From NCBI RefSeq assembly GCF_000143415.4, contig NW_003314287.1, forward strand, positions 68,783 through 132,782: DNA of 64,000 nucleotides, written 5' to 3'. Positions 1 through 13,685 of this stretch are shown in pieces (within the stretch, counting starts at the first letter, position 1; each line of letters begins with the position of its first letter). This stretch comes from Selaginella moellendorffii. Its lineage: Eukaryota > Plantae > Lycopodiophyta. The position numbers were made by a program, and so were the translations under genes. A model generated the notes under the pieces. That model was not told the DNA's origin and made no database searches. It saw nothing but the letters and a program-made list of their open reading frames with translations.

Positions 1-99
1 AGAGAGAGAGAGAGAGAGAACACTTCCGAAAGCCTTGCCTCAAAAGTAATTATCTTCCCCAAATCGCTGTGAAGGATCCAAGCAATTCGTGCTGGTCCA

Positions 100-480
100 A
101 TCTTGTACATTTCATCCTTTGTGAAAGGCCTGCCAGAGATTTGGATCTCTATGTGTAGACTACAAAATAGCACCTGGTCGATCTCTGGGACAAGCAGCCA
201 AAGTAGAAGCTTTGATGGCTGGAATGGCATTTCCTCACACTTTGGTGATGCTAAAGTCCATGATGGAAGGTGAACTCAGAATTACAAAGTGGAAGATTTA
301 CCAAGAGATTACGAGCATCTCTTACGAGCCACTGGATCTGAGGGGTATGGTTTCTGCTGAGATCCAATCAAGCTGGCAGTCTTGGCAAAGCTGATCCAGC
401 GCCTGAGCTATGGATCGCCCAAAAGAAGATGAGATCTGAGAAGGAGAACGATATCACTGAAGAAGTCCAGCATTAGGTGC
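100..480 (+). pseudogene. 3' remnant (E-domain and tail) of a PLS-class PPR gene
   Basis: 125-310 is collinear with the 3' end of the PPR pseudogene at 15367-15600 (MAGMAFPHTLVMLKS vs MVGMPFPPTLVMLKS). 320-470 matches 13260-13436. Confidence 0.65.
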
Positions 481-2599
481 CCATCCTAGAGCAGAATAGC
501 ATGTTATAGCTATTCGACTTCATGGCAGCGGGTGCTAGATTTTCTCACACTGATAAGTATGAAGCAATGGGAAAAATCCTAAAACTAGAGTTTCTCGCTA
601 CAATCCATGGCCAACGTATTCACCAAGAGTGCATCCATAGACAGAGCAAAGCTGAGCAGCAGCAAAGTTGTGCTCTCCCTTTATAGCCACCCATGCCAGG
701 ATCAATAGCCTCTTTGTCATGCATCGCAAGAACAAGCAGTGCACACAAAGTGTAGTTTTGGGTCTCATCCAAAACAAACTAATGCCCAACACCAAGGTCA
801 TGAGGAGTCTCTCCATCACCTTCCTGGCCGTGCACAAATGGGTATTGGATAATCGTTTTGTGCTCTCAGTTCTGACTCCCACTCGTAGGAGTATCTCACA
901 GCCAAAATCCAGAACCCACAACAGCAACAGACGGGGCTAGTCACAGGTAAAGCTCATGGTGCCAATTGATCCATTGTCTAGCTCCCCCACAAAGAAAGGA
1001 TGGGATGATGAGATTCATGAGGCAATGGAAAGTGATTAGATGGAGCACTTTCTTTAGAGTCTAGTATTTTGGAAGTCACTTCTAATGCACAGCTTGGATA
1101 TGTACTTGAGTACATTGGCAGTGCAAGTCTTGTTTTCTTTTAGAAATCTATCTTTATACTTTTGGACAAAAAAAGTGAGAGAGCATGTCTTCTAGATACA
1201 GAGACCCCCCGGACACCCAAACTGTAAAAGGTGATATAGAAAAAATTGGATTTATTGTGCATTCATGATTAGTATAGGTTACAAGACAGATGATCCCAGA
1301 CAAATGTATCCGGAAATGGCCAAATTAATCTACTTAACCAAAAATGGCCAACTTGGAGCTTGCATTTGTGGTTAGGGCTATTCTCCACTAAGCTTATTCA
1401 AGCACTTATGGCTGCCATCACCCCATGTTGCCCTTGTGCCAAAATGCCACATAACACAAGCAAGACAAGTGATGGAAACCTATCCTGCCAAAGGAAATGG
1501 TTTAGGGTTCTACCACATTCCATAGCATATTCTGCCAGCCTGCCAAGATAGCATATTCTGTTGAAAGTTATTTAGCAAGGCAACTCAGAAATGGAGAAAG
1601 ATTTCTGCCTCAACACTAATGCATCCTAAGTTGTCCAAGGAGAAATCCAACTTGCAAATATATATACTTGATTTTGCCATTCATTAAGGTGCCCTGGTTC
1701 TTTCCACTTAACTAGAAATCCCTGAGAGAAGGGAATGAGATCCATGAGTTTACAATTGCTACCATGAGCTCTGCACATCTGCAGAACAATGCTAGCACGT
1801 AAAATTCTTTGGATCACTCTTCTCAATCAATAATGTAGCAAGGAAACTACAGTGATACATGATTGGAACATCATCAAAGAACCCTAATATAGGGGATTAC
1901 AATAGTGGTAGTTGTGAATGAGGTAGATGGTGCTAGCATCATCATCTCAACAGGAACCTTGCTCTCCACAAGAAACACTACATAATAAAGAAAGAATAAA
2001 TCCCAAGAAAATTTATTAAAATACTTTAAAATTATATTTATAAGTTATACCACAAGATTAACCTAAATGTATATTAGCTGTCACAATCCCATATATATGA
2101 ATATTCTAGGTATATCCACTATCCCTTAAAATATATAGATATAAAATCAACCAAGCATTACTGCATGCAGTAAATTTTTCATATATGCATATTTGTTTTT
2201 GGCAATTATACTACTTAATTTATAATTTTTAATATTATCTGAGTATCTCTACTAAAATGAATAATGTTTTGAAACTTTAATAGTATCTCTATTAAAATAT
2301 GTTAAGTTTTAAATTTTTTGCTCTAATTGCAAAAAAGGCTTTACAAGTATTTTTAGTAGAAGCATTATTGGCTTGAAGTGCTTACATTATTCCTTACAAT
2401 AAAGGACACCAAAACTATTGTCTATAAATATAATTATTTTCTAAAAAAAACAAAAATAATTTATTGCATATTGGATTGTAAAAAAATATTATGTTTCTCT
2501 TGTTTATCTGAATATTATTTACTATAAAATATAGTTTTTGTATATTATTTATAGTTTTGTGAGTTTATGGAATATATAAATATGCAGATTTAATTACCC

Positions 2600-3000
2600 C
2601 AAAAACCATTGTTGATGTAGGAGAGAATGAGTGTGCCTAGTTAATGTCATCTTATAATGTATATCAACTGTATATTGTAATTAACTGAGGTGGACTACTC
2701 TATAACAGAAAAAGAGTGTTTAGTAGTAGTTTGAGATTTTGATAAATTTTATTATATACTTGCATACTTCTTGGACATGGTGATCATACTATATTCACTT
2801 CATTATTGAAGTGGAACAATTAAGTTGGTCAGTGGGCTCATTTTAGATTATATATAACTTTGAGGTTGTTCATTATTTAAAGAGTTTTATGGCTAATGAT
2901 GACAATCTTTCTCAAGCTCCTCTCCCTTCTTTACTCTTTTTTTTATATTTTTGATGAGTCTATTGTTCCAGCATCAATAGGTTTTCTAAACAAAGATTTA
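2600..3000 (+). mobile_element. Ty3/gypsy RNase H fragment, same family as the element at 8500-12560
   Basis: Matches the reverse complement of 9740-9830 joined to 10510-10680 (cttcattattgaagtg...aaagagttttatggct). Heavily decayed. Confidence 0.6.
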
Positions 3001-3004
3001 TTGT

Positions 3005-6000
3005 TATTGAAAAGGAAGCCCCTCAACATAGGGCACACTAATCTATCATCACTCAAATGTTGCTCAAAATCTTTTTGAAACCTTAGCAATGTGGGAGAAA
3101 GTATATCCCCTCTCCTAGAATATCCCTCATACCCCTTAAATATTTTAATAGTGGATTATTTCAAAGAATCTCACTCAAAGCTATATATATCCTAATAGAT
3201 GACCACAGGGGATTGCACGTCGCATGTGAAAGAGATGAAGAGAATCCAAAGAAAATAAAAAGAAAGAAAAGAATTTACAAAGTTTTGGGATTAAGGGAAA
3301 ACCCTATAAGAAAAATGTGATCCAAGAACTAAGAATTCAACTCAAAAGAAGAGGAAAAAGGAAAAATAAAGAAGAAAGAAAATATAAAACAAAGAAAAAG
3401 ATAAAATTGCCAAGAAAGTAAAAAAGTACCTTAAATCAACTTTAAAATCCCAAAGAAAAGAGAGTGAAAGTGAAAGTGATGCCCAAAAATGGTAATTATG
3501 ATAAAGTGAAAAGATTGTGGCTGTAATGATGACTAATAAATGATGGAAAGGCTAAATGGTATGATAGGATAGTGGTGGGGGTCTTTTAGTATGTCATAAC
3601 TTTCAAATGTGTCTACAACTAACATACTTATTGTAAAAAAAAAAAACATGTGTAGTTAGTGGGTGGCATTTGCTTGGATCATTGTTTTGTCATTGTAGAA
3701 AGTGCAGGTTCAAGAAAAACATCTTCTTGTTGAAAGCATTTGGTGTTTTGTTGTGATCAGGTCTAATTAGCTAAAGAAATCTGTTGCTAGTGTCCAAAAA
3801 CTTGCCAAAAGATGTATCAAGATGGTTTACACTATATCTTGAGTTTGGTATGTCAGAATTCACTTATTGTTATTGCATATACTGTGGATTGTTATGCTGG
3901 ATATTGTGATGTAGTAAAACCCCCAATATTGTCTATGCATAGTGTGGAAATGGGATGGAATGTGAGTGGGCAAGTGTAATAAATGATGGACAATAGTGTA
4001 TTGAATGACTAAATTAGCGAATGATGACTATGAGTAAATGAGAATGGAGAGGATGATATGTAAAATAAAGTTATGTTAAGAAAAATTAGGACAAAAAACT
4101 AAATCTGGAAGAAAAACTTGAGTTTCCAAATAAACAAGATTGATATAGCCTATGAAGAACAACTCATGGAAGAGCATAGTTATCCAAAGGAAATACCATT
4201 TGAAACAAAACTGAAGAAAGGAAGAGAAAGAAAAAAGAGAAAAAAAATGAAAGATTTCATAATAGAAAAATTCTCTTCTGTGATTGAGCTGGTGCCAAGA
4301 TGTTCTAGGTTGACAAGATATCACACTTTAGAGGGCAATATAACTAGCTTTTGCAACATCTTCAGCCTCCTTCAAGATTCTTTAAAATGAGTAGCATCAC
4401 CATAATGAGGAAATCTACAGCTCATGTATAAAGCATGAAAGGAAGTGTCCTCAAAGTAGTGAACTCAATTTGAAGCACTCACAAGAATTTGGTGGTCGAG
4501 TGAAATGTTAATGATTGCAAAAGATACCACAATCGGTATAGATGATGCCACAACTAATATCCTCTGGCTGGAGAGATTCATAATGATGTTCTAAGGTTGG
4601 AGAAGCTTCTAAAAAGAGCTAGGCTGGTGTTGAAGGAAGGGTGCCACCTTTAGCTAATAGATAATCCACAAGCTTTTAGCATGCATGCACCTTGTCCATC
4701 TATTGTATCAGAGTATTATAAACCATAAAGAAAAATCATATTCCATGGTTGCAAACTTCCTTAGCAACATGAATATGAGTGACATTAGTTCAATCTCAAG
4801 TGAAGTAGCCTCATATAGTGGCCAAGGCTGCATCTCTACCTCATTTAAGTGGACCTTGTGCTCCACAAGCTTAAAAGCCATTGCTTCTCCCTAAAAACTC
4901 ATATGGATATCACCTTTGTTGATAGAGTTGAGTGGAATCTCCAAGCTAAAAAAAACTGAATTTGACACCTTTTATTATATGAGGAGGTATTATAAAGCCT
5001 CCTTCTATGTCTTTACAATAGGATCTATCTTAAAAAAATTACTTTTACAAAAAGTATATTCTCCTCCAACTCAAACATTTTTGAAATCTTAAAAATCTTG
5101 TTTGAATCTTTTACCTTCTTAAGCCCAAGTGAACATGGTGATGTAGAGTGGATGGAGGAGAAGTTGAGGAACAAGATTGTTTAGTTAGTGTGCTGAAAAT
5201 TAATCATATTGCATCACAATGGCAAAGACTTCTTTATCATGTTGATATATAATAAGCTAAGTATTGAATCACTGCAAAGAGGGGTTTAATTGTGCTATTG
5301 TAACCTAAAACACATTTTAAGAAGCTAAAGTTTACCATTTAGCATTGAGTATTATCACTTGGTTGGCTCCTCATACAATTTACAATTAACTATTCTTAAA
5401 GTTGAAGAAGCAATACATTATATCTAGCAATGGCCTCCCTAGAATGATTAACTTCTTCTATGTGAAGGCTTCTAAAGCAACATAAACCACGATGAAGAAG
5501 TTTGCTATCATCTCATGCCTATGCACTAGAATGCAAACATGTCAACAAATCCCTACAAGAGCCACCATATGATCTACAAAGGTTTTAAGGATAGCCTTTG
5601 AATATTCCTTAATCTCCAGGCTTGATTTTTGAGAGCAAGTATCAAGGAGAGGCTGTATTGAGGAGAGGATCTAGATCAACAAATTCCTCCACATCAATGC
5701 CTACATCATTGTTGGGATGAAGAGGAAATCACACCACCTAGAGCACACACTTAAATCTCAAGTTTTTGCCAAAATCTTGGGAATTGGTGATAAGCCCACT
5801 AATAGTCATTGTAATTAGAGTTGCGAAGACTTGATCAATGAGACTGCTTGGCCAGCCATTTGGCATCACTGAGGTCTCTCATAGGGGCATGCTAGCCAAA
5901 TTTAAAAGTAAGCAAATGTTAGAGTTTAAGATATAAGAAAGGATGTTTGTGTTGCTACAAACACCTCTAAGAAAGGCAAATTGCAAGTAGTGAGTGTTGG

Positions 6001-7758
6001 AAGGGATAAAAAAACCCCTAGAGCTAAGGCTAGAGATGAGTTTAACTCCCCAATAGTAGTGTGTTATTTCAATTGAGTCTGTTGGCTCAACTCCCCCACA
6101 ATATGGATGGTGTTCACCAAGAACTTATTATGATCGCTTATTAGTGGTGACTCAATGGCTCTTTGCTGGAGTATTTCATGGTAATTTGTGGAGGATGAAG
6201 TTAGGACTATGTTGTTTACAAACAGTTGTTGCTAGACTCGCTACTCGCATGATGCTATGTGTTGTGGTCACAATTCTAAATATTGTGTGTCTCAACTTTG
6301 CATTCCTCATACCATTATGGTTGTCATCAAGGACATTCTTGTACAAGCATTCTAATGTTTGGAGCTCCTTCATGAGCTTGCTTTGTTACTTTTGTTATTG
6401 CTGAAGAATTGCCTTATACTCTTTGAACTCAGACAATGCCATCTCAACTGCTATGGGCATCTTCTCAACAACTAGCTAGGGCACAATGACACAAGCAGAG
6501 GCACAAGAATGTGCTTTAAGAAGGCCCTAGATGAGCTCCTTAATGAATGAGACACTGAATTCATGAAACATCTTTGACTCAAGCATGTGCATAGGTATGG
6601 TGGCAATGCTATTGGCATCTATTATCCACTTTCTTTTGGAGTCCAAGCTTGAGGCCTTGCACAAAGGTTGAAACTCCAATGGACTCCATCATCACTTGCT
6701 TATCAAGGTAAATCTTCCAAAAAAATTTGAATTGTGTTGTGTAGGCAAAGACTAATTCATTGGCTCCTTGTTAAAAAAGGAAGAGATCCTAGACAAATTG
6801 CTACATGGGAATCTTTTGCAAGAATGTGCTTTTGAAGGTCATAACCAAAGCCTCATAATTCTACTTATCTTTTAACTCCAGAGTAAGAACCTAGTGCCTT
6901 GCATATCCACACATTGATTGTCGCATCGTTAATGATTTTGTTGCTAGCATAGTATGAGGAGAATGCTACTAGATGATTGTTTACTAAGATTCTAATGCCT
7001 AGCTCAAATATTAGTAGCTCTATTCCTCACTGTAAAAATGTGTAAAAATGTCAATGAGAAAAATCACAACTCACCCTAAACTCAACTAAAATACATATGT
7101 AAACCATTCACCTAAAGAGTAAGAGTAAGTGTATTAGTGGAGCCTAAGAAAGATTAAAATGGTAGAAGAACAAGCAAAATCTAATCTTCCAAAATAATTA
7201 CTGTTCACAGCACAAGATAAAACATCTTAAATGTCACACTTTGAAAGTTAAATCAAACGATTCTTGATGCTAGGATGTAGAGTTTGATGAGATTTACAAG
7301 CCCATAATCTCTATAGCCCAAAAGAATCTACAACTTGAGAAAACTATTGTTTCTTATCCAAGAAGAAAGAAAATTTGAGAGCTTCTCTAATTCTAGCATG
7401 ACATTAGAAATTTTGTAGACAAGCACATTCATTCTCACCTCTAGAATTTCTCTAGTCCCAACACCATCAAATCACCCATAACAAGAAAAATGACTAGAAC
7501 TAAAAGAACAAGGGGATGATTGACTAAGCAATCCTCCCTAATAGAGTTGCCAAATGTTGAAAGGGAAGCCCCTCAATATGGGGAGAAACACACTAATTTA
7601 TCATCATTCAAGTGTTGCTTAAAAACTTTTATGTGAACTCTATAAAAATCTAGCAATGGGAGAGAAGGGGGTATATGTCCCCTTTCCCAAAATATCCCTC
7701 ATACCCCTAAAATATTCTGATAATGGGAATCTCACTTAAAGCTGTACATATTCTAACA
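3005..7758 (-). mobile_element. Degenerate LTR retroelement with ~200 bp LTRs, possibly Ogre/Tat lineage
   Basis: Direct repeats at 3005-3197 and 7555-7758 with TG...CA-like ends. Minus-strand TGGCAACTCTATTAGGGA next to the right LTR resembles a deaminated tRNA-Arg PBS. No TSD and no clear ORF. Confidence 0.55.
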
Positions 7759-9830
7759 CTATCAGTAGTTGTTATACTTGATATTTAATATCCATAATAT
7801 GTAAAGCTAGATTACCTTTTCTAGACAATTTGTGAGGCTTAAAAGCGTAAGTCATGGATTTGAACACTTCAATCTTATATCATTTACTAATGAATTATTA
7901 TTTTGCTATTTATATTTTTAATATCGCCTTATGGTCAACCTTCTTTACTTTGTAAGGATTATTTCTAATGACCATTTGTGGCTGATCATGCCTTCAATCT
8001 TTATTCTATATTTTCTCCATTGTTACTATAATTCTATTATTAACATATGGGATATCATTGTGTAACTAAGAAGCTACAAAAGCTTTTTTATTAGCTAGAG
8101 ATGGTATATGATATCATACAATATATACATAGCTGCATTTAATGTTAAGCTCATAATACCCTCTCTTATGTTATGAAAGGACAATTAGACTCAATTGCAA
8201 TTTCCCATTTGTTTAAGTTGGCAATGTTTTATCTAATGGGGCCTTCAAAAGGATGTTCAGAAAGTATGAGAACTTTCACAATTCAGGTTGGGATAATTAT
8301 TTGCCATTTCTCTTATATATGTATATCATAAGGGTGCATAGTTCCATTAGTGCTTTACCATAAAAACTCTTATATAGTCATGATTTAATATTACTAATAA
8401 GGTTAAGTTTACCTTTGTGATTGCTATGAACAACTAATGCTAGCTTTTAGGATCAATATTTAATGAGTATTCTTCCATTAGTTTAACTAGAGTCTGCTAA
8501 ACACTTACAAGTGGGAGAACAATAGAGTCATCTACTTTGTACTTCGCAGGTGGACGATGATGGGAGTTATAGTGTTGTTGTCCCACTTGTACGTGGCCTA
8601 AGTGTTCGGCAAACTCTGCTTGGACAAGTGGAAGAATACTCATCAAATACTGATCCCAAGACTTAGCATCGGCAGCTTGTGGCAATCATGAGTAATATTG
8701 GATCATGACCATATAGAAGTTTATATGGTGAAGCACCAATAGAACTCTGCACCCCTATGATATATGCATACCAAAGAGACAACGAATAACCATCATAATC
8801 AGAATGCTGAAAGTTCACATACTTTGTGATCATTCCTTTGAATGTTCAAACAAGCCGTTCCACCAAATTGTTTGATTGTGGATGATAAGCACTCTTGAAA
8901 GTGTGGTATATCCTCAACCGAGACATCAAAACATGAAATGCCTTAGCCATAAATATAGGACCATTATCTGAAAAAATCCGCTCTAGACAAGAATGCTAGA
9001 ACACCACTTGATTGAGGAGGAAATATCCAATAGTAGTTGCAGAGGCACTAGTAAGAGCACCAACTTCCACCCAACAAATCAAATAGTCAGAAGCAATAAT
9101 AACATACTCATTGTCAGCAATCAATCCTGGACAAGATCCCATAAGATCAAACACCATCAACTCAAATAAACGGGAAATTGCAATTGACTCCAATTGTCCT
9201 TTTGTAACACGAGGGAGAGTATTACGAGTTTGGCACCAAACGCAGATACACACATACCAGATAACATTACGTTGCATCTTCAGCTAATAGAAAGACCTGT
9301 GTAACTTCTCAGTCACACGACAATGTCCTATATGCCCGCCTAGAATAGAAGAATCATGGTAGGCATGACGAAACCGTGGAATAAAGATGGAAGACACCAC
9401 TAGCTGTAAAAGATCATCATCCCCACAAAATAAAGAAAGTCGTCTTCAAATCAATATTGAGAATGTAAATGTCGGAATGGCAAGTTATCAACAAGTGATG
9501 TAGGATTTTCAAACCTATCTCAAAACCTTCGAATCCATGGCTCAAACTTTTGAGCTTCGTGAATCTCATCAAAAGAAGGTAGATCTTGCTCTACACCTTA
9601 TGGACACTAAACATCAAGTACAGCAAGCACTGATAGCACAGAATCCTTGTCTAAAAAATCCACAGATGCTAGAACAACAACGTCAGAAACATGAAAAGAG
9701 AGTGGAGAAGGAAGAGGAGCTCGAGAAAGAGCATCAACATCAGCCATAAAACTCTTTAGGTGATAAGCAATATCAAAATCATATATCTGAAGCTTTAAAG
9801 CCCATAAAGCAGTATGACCAACCAGGTTCT

Positions 9831-10508
9831 TGTAAGCTCCTAAGTTTGGACTTCCCGGGAGGTCACCCAGCCCAGTACTATTCAAACCCAAGGACGCTTA
9901 ACCCCAAATATCCCAAGACCCTTAACCGATTGGAAAAGAGGGTGCACTCTTATTCATGGGCCCTTTCCCTCTATATTTGAACCCCATGGATCGTCTCTCA
10001 AGTCGTTCCCTTTGGTTGCTTACAATCCACCACGCTTTCCTGCAAGTTCACGCTCTCGTGAACAGAAGCTGAGAGCCGCAGCTCTCCCGAGAGCCCCGCT
10101 CTCTTGACACCCTACCCCTCGGGTCGAGCCCAGACGCCCTCGTGAACAGAAGCTGAGAGCCGCAGCTCTCCCGAGAGCCCCGCTCTCTTGACACCCTACC
10201 CCTCGGGTCGAGCCCAGCGGGAGCAAACTGGACCAGCCAGATGTCAATCAACATGTGGTGTGATTCCCTTAGCCAACCAACAGAGTCGGACCTGAGACCG
10301 CTCCGATACCAAATGTAAGCTTATGAGTTTGGACTTCCCGGGAGGTCACCCAGCCCAGTACTATTCAAACCCAAGGACGCTTAACTCCAAAATATCCCAA
10401 GACCCTTAACCGATTGGAAAAGGGGGTGCACTCTTGTTCATGGGCCCTTTCCCTCTATATTTGAACCCCATGGATCGTCTCTCAAGTCATTCCCTTTGGT
10501 TGCTTACA
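9831..10508 (-). mobile_element. Complete Cassandra-type TRIM with 5S rRNA-derived LTRs
   Basis: LTRs at 9831-10024 and 10314-10508 with TGTAAGC...GCTTACA ends. 5-bp TSD GTTCT (9826-9830, 10509-10513). PBS TGGTATCGGAGC (tRNA-iMet type) at 10300-10311 on the minus strand. Purine-rich PPT at 10025-10040. 5S A-box/C-box segment at 9848-9902 and 10331-10386. Confidence 0.93.
10050..10217. repeat. Two 84-bp tandem units in the Cassandra internal domain
   Basis: 10050-10133 and 10134-10217 are near-identical (one mismatch near the unit start). Confidence 0.95.
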
Positions 10509-13500
10509 GTTCTTTCACTTCAATAATGAAGTAATGGCAGCATGATCACCTTCAAGTAATGTTCGAGAACCATATAGAACTTCATAAATTTAGAGTCCAA
10601 CTTTCCACAACACTTGATATAGTCTCTTCTAATGGTCAAGGTGCATGAAATTTTTCAAAACCCCAAACTGCTACTAAACACTCCTTCTCTATCATGGAGT
10701 AGTTCACCTTCACTAGTTGTAATGTATGGCTTATATACGCAATAGGATGATATTAACCAGGCACACTTGGGCTTTTTTGCATTAACACACTTCTAAGATC
10801 AATATCAAAAGCATCCACGCATAAAATAAACGCTTGAGTGTAATCAGGATATGCCAAAATTGGAGGAGTTGTCAAGAGCTCTTTGAGATTTATGAATGCC
10901 CACTCACAATCTGGAGACTAAATGAAAAATGACATTGATAACTTCAATAATGCTCGCAACGATGTAGTGCGATCAGAAAGATGATCCACAAAACGACTGA
11001 GATACTGCGTCTTACCCAGGAAGCACTACACATCAGTCACATACTTTAGAGTAGGGAACTTCAGAATAGCTACAAGTTTGTCAAGATCAACTTGCAAACC
11101 CTCACGAGAAATACAGTACCTAAAATAAGTCATGTCTTTAGACCCAAACATGCACTTTTACCATTTTATCTTTAAGCCAACGTCCCATAGCTAATTTAAC
11201 ACTTTACAAACATAAGGAATGTGCTCTTCCCATATCCCCTCCGAGTGAATCAAGACATCATCAATGAAGTTAGCAATCACCTTTGGCATATCACAAAAAA
11301 CTTCGTCCATCATCCACTGAAAAGTTGTTAGAGCATTGTTCAAACCAAACTGCATCACCAAGAACTCATACAAACTAAACAGTACAAAAAGCAGTTTTAG
11401 GAATGTCTTCTTTAGCCATCGGTATCTGCAAATACCCAGAAGCAAGATCTAGCTTGGTGAACCAACAACTTCACCCCAAATGATCTAAAATATCAATAGT
11501 GTAAAGATGAAGGTACACATCTAGGATCATCACTTTATTTAATGGATAATAGTTGATGCAGAAATGAATACTCCTATCAGGCTTCATCACAAAATGAGGT
11601 TCACATGCCCAAGGACTCCGTAACTTCTGAATAACACTCTTCTCTAACATCTCCTTTACAAACTTGCATGTAAAATCTTGATCTCTTTGGGTGATCGACG
11701 ATGAATATAAACCTTGATTGGACGCACATCCCCAGTTGGAATAGGATGATCTTGGCCCCAGACAATAGGTCAAATTCAAAAAGATCAAAATACTCCTTTA
11801 TGAGCCGATCAACTATTGCAACACAAAAATTGTCAAAGGGATAGGAAAAGGGAAGAGTAGAACAAGACGAAAACGAGTGGGGGGATAAAAGTAATGGAAA
11901 CAGAGGTAAAAACAAAGGGACGAAGATGTACGGAAGTGAGAGGAATGGATGAAATATAAAGAAGTATGAGACAAAGGAGAAGCCTCAAAATCACATTTGG
12001 TATGATTGCATTGCAACTAATCTATACCAAGGATGAGGTCAAAATCTTGACTCAGCATCACCCGCAATGATTGCAACCCAAGCTTGAGATCGCCCATATG
12101 CACAATTAAGTTTGCCTCATCCCGTGCACATGCATGTGTACGGCCGTTGCCATAAAACATGAAAACTAGCTCCACCATATGACTCAAGTGTAGATGGCAA
12201 CGTGTGGCAACGGGTTAAACAATAGAAGATAAACTCAAACTTGTATCAACCAACACAGAGAGAATAATAGAAAATCACTTGTCATAAAAATGAGCTTGGA
12301 AATTAAACATTGGATGAATTGGTGTCGACTAGCAAACACTTCCAATGCTTTGAACATTCCTTACTCCATATCCAAAGAATTCTGCCCAGCAGTGCCAAAG
12401 TGATTCACTGGGCGCAACTTCTTGACAATCCTATGGACCAGTCCTATGCTTCGTTCTATCAAAGAACTATAGCTTTTCTACCAAAACTCTATCACTGCCG
12501 ATAGGACTTTTTGTTCATTCTTTCAATTCTGCAGGAGTTGAGACGAAACTGCTATTGTAAAAACCTCTTGTGAGTGAGATGTGGAGAGAGATGTGGAAAG
12601 CCAGAGAGGATCCAGCTGCTACTTAGTGAGGTTGTAGACTTGGCGACACACTGGAGGAGGAAGAGAATGGCCAGAAGCAGGGAGGAGGAGAAGGAAGAGC
12701 TTTGTTGAAGGCCTTGTGTGGATAATAGTTGCTGCATTATAACATCTAAACAATTAATTCCTGGACGATTGACTGTCATGGGCCATTTTTCATAATGTTC
12801 ACACACAGCTTTTTCATGTAACTCTCACGACATAGTTATATAATATATATTCTAATTATAAATCAATCAGGTTTTTATTGTAGATAGCATATGATTTTAT
12901 TTTTAGAATGTTTACTTTAATAGGAGCTATGCTTGACGATCTATTCATTTGTAGATTAAGCTTTTTGTTTACAAATATAAGAAGATGATTGTGTTTGGAA
13001 ATACAAACTTTGTTATACAAACCTCAGCTGTGCCACATGACTCGAGGTGGTTTCCACAAGAGTGGTTTGGTTGGTTTGGTATGCTTTTGAAGCCAGCTCC
13101 ATGTACCTGGACTTCCCACTCTAGTACTCATCTCTTGCCAAAGATCAAGCAAGTCCCCAAAGTAGGAATTTGTCATGGCTCAAGAATAAAACTTAGTTGA
13201 AGTTAGGAGTTTTTCCTCCCAAGAGATTGATTCCAAGAGATTGATTCCCAAGAGCATCTCTCACGAGCCACTGGATCTGTGGCATGAGAGGGTATGGGTT
13301 CTGCCGAGATCCAATCGAGCTGGCAGTCCTCCCTCCTGGAAATTCGAGACACCAATTCCCAGCGCCTGAGCTGCGGATCGCCCAAAAGAAGATGAGATTC
13401 GAGCAAGGAGAATGATATTACCGACGACATCCAGCAGCTCATCCGAGAGCCGCCGCTTGCAGTAGGGCTCCTCGTCCGGAGGTTCCCGACATCACCCCAA

Positions 13501-13685
13501 TCGTCGCCAAAGCCGAAGAGCACCTGTGGTAGAACCCTAAGCCATTTCCTTCAGCTCGATGAGGTTTCCATCGCTTGTCTTGCTCGTGTTGTGCGGCATT
13601 TTGGCGCAGGGGCACGGCGGCGGAGGCCATTAAGATGTTAGGCCTTTTAGATTTCAAATTCCCGCCACTTTCAAAACTAGGGTTT

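Larger units (their letters stand above)
8500..12560 (-). mobile_element. Degenerate Ty3/gypsy pol region (PR-RT-RH-INT)
   Basis: Protease LVDT..DFDLILG (~12020-12260). RT SPWACEPHFVMKPD..FCINY, MQFGLNNA, FIDDVLIHS. RNase H WALKLQIYDFDIAY. Integrase VFDLMG..YVIIASDY..WVE. Many stops and frameshifts. Confidence 0.9.

Noticed and set aside
960-1830. Possible copia RT and other coding remnants
   Set aside because: Only a weak KLIYLT..LAFVV resemblance; too decayed to support.
9848-9902. Stand-alone 5S rRNA gene
   Set aside because: Only the 3' ~55 nt of 5S is present, inside both LTRs of a TRIM.
10050-10217. CRISPR-like array
   Set aside because: Two contiguous units without spacers, in a eukaryotic TE.
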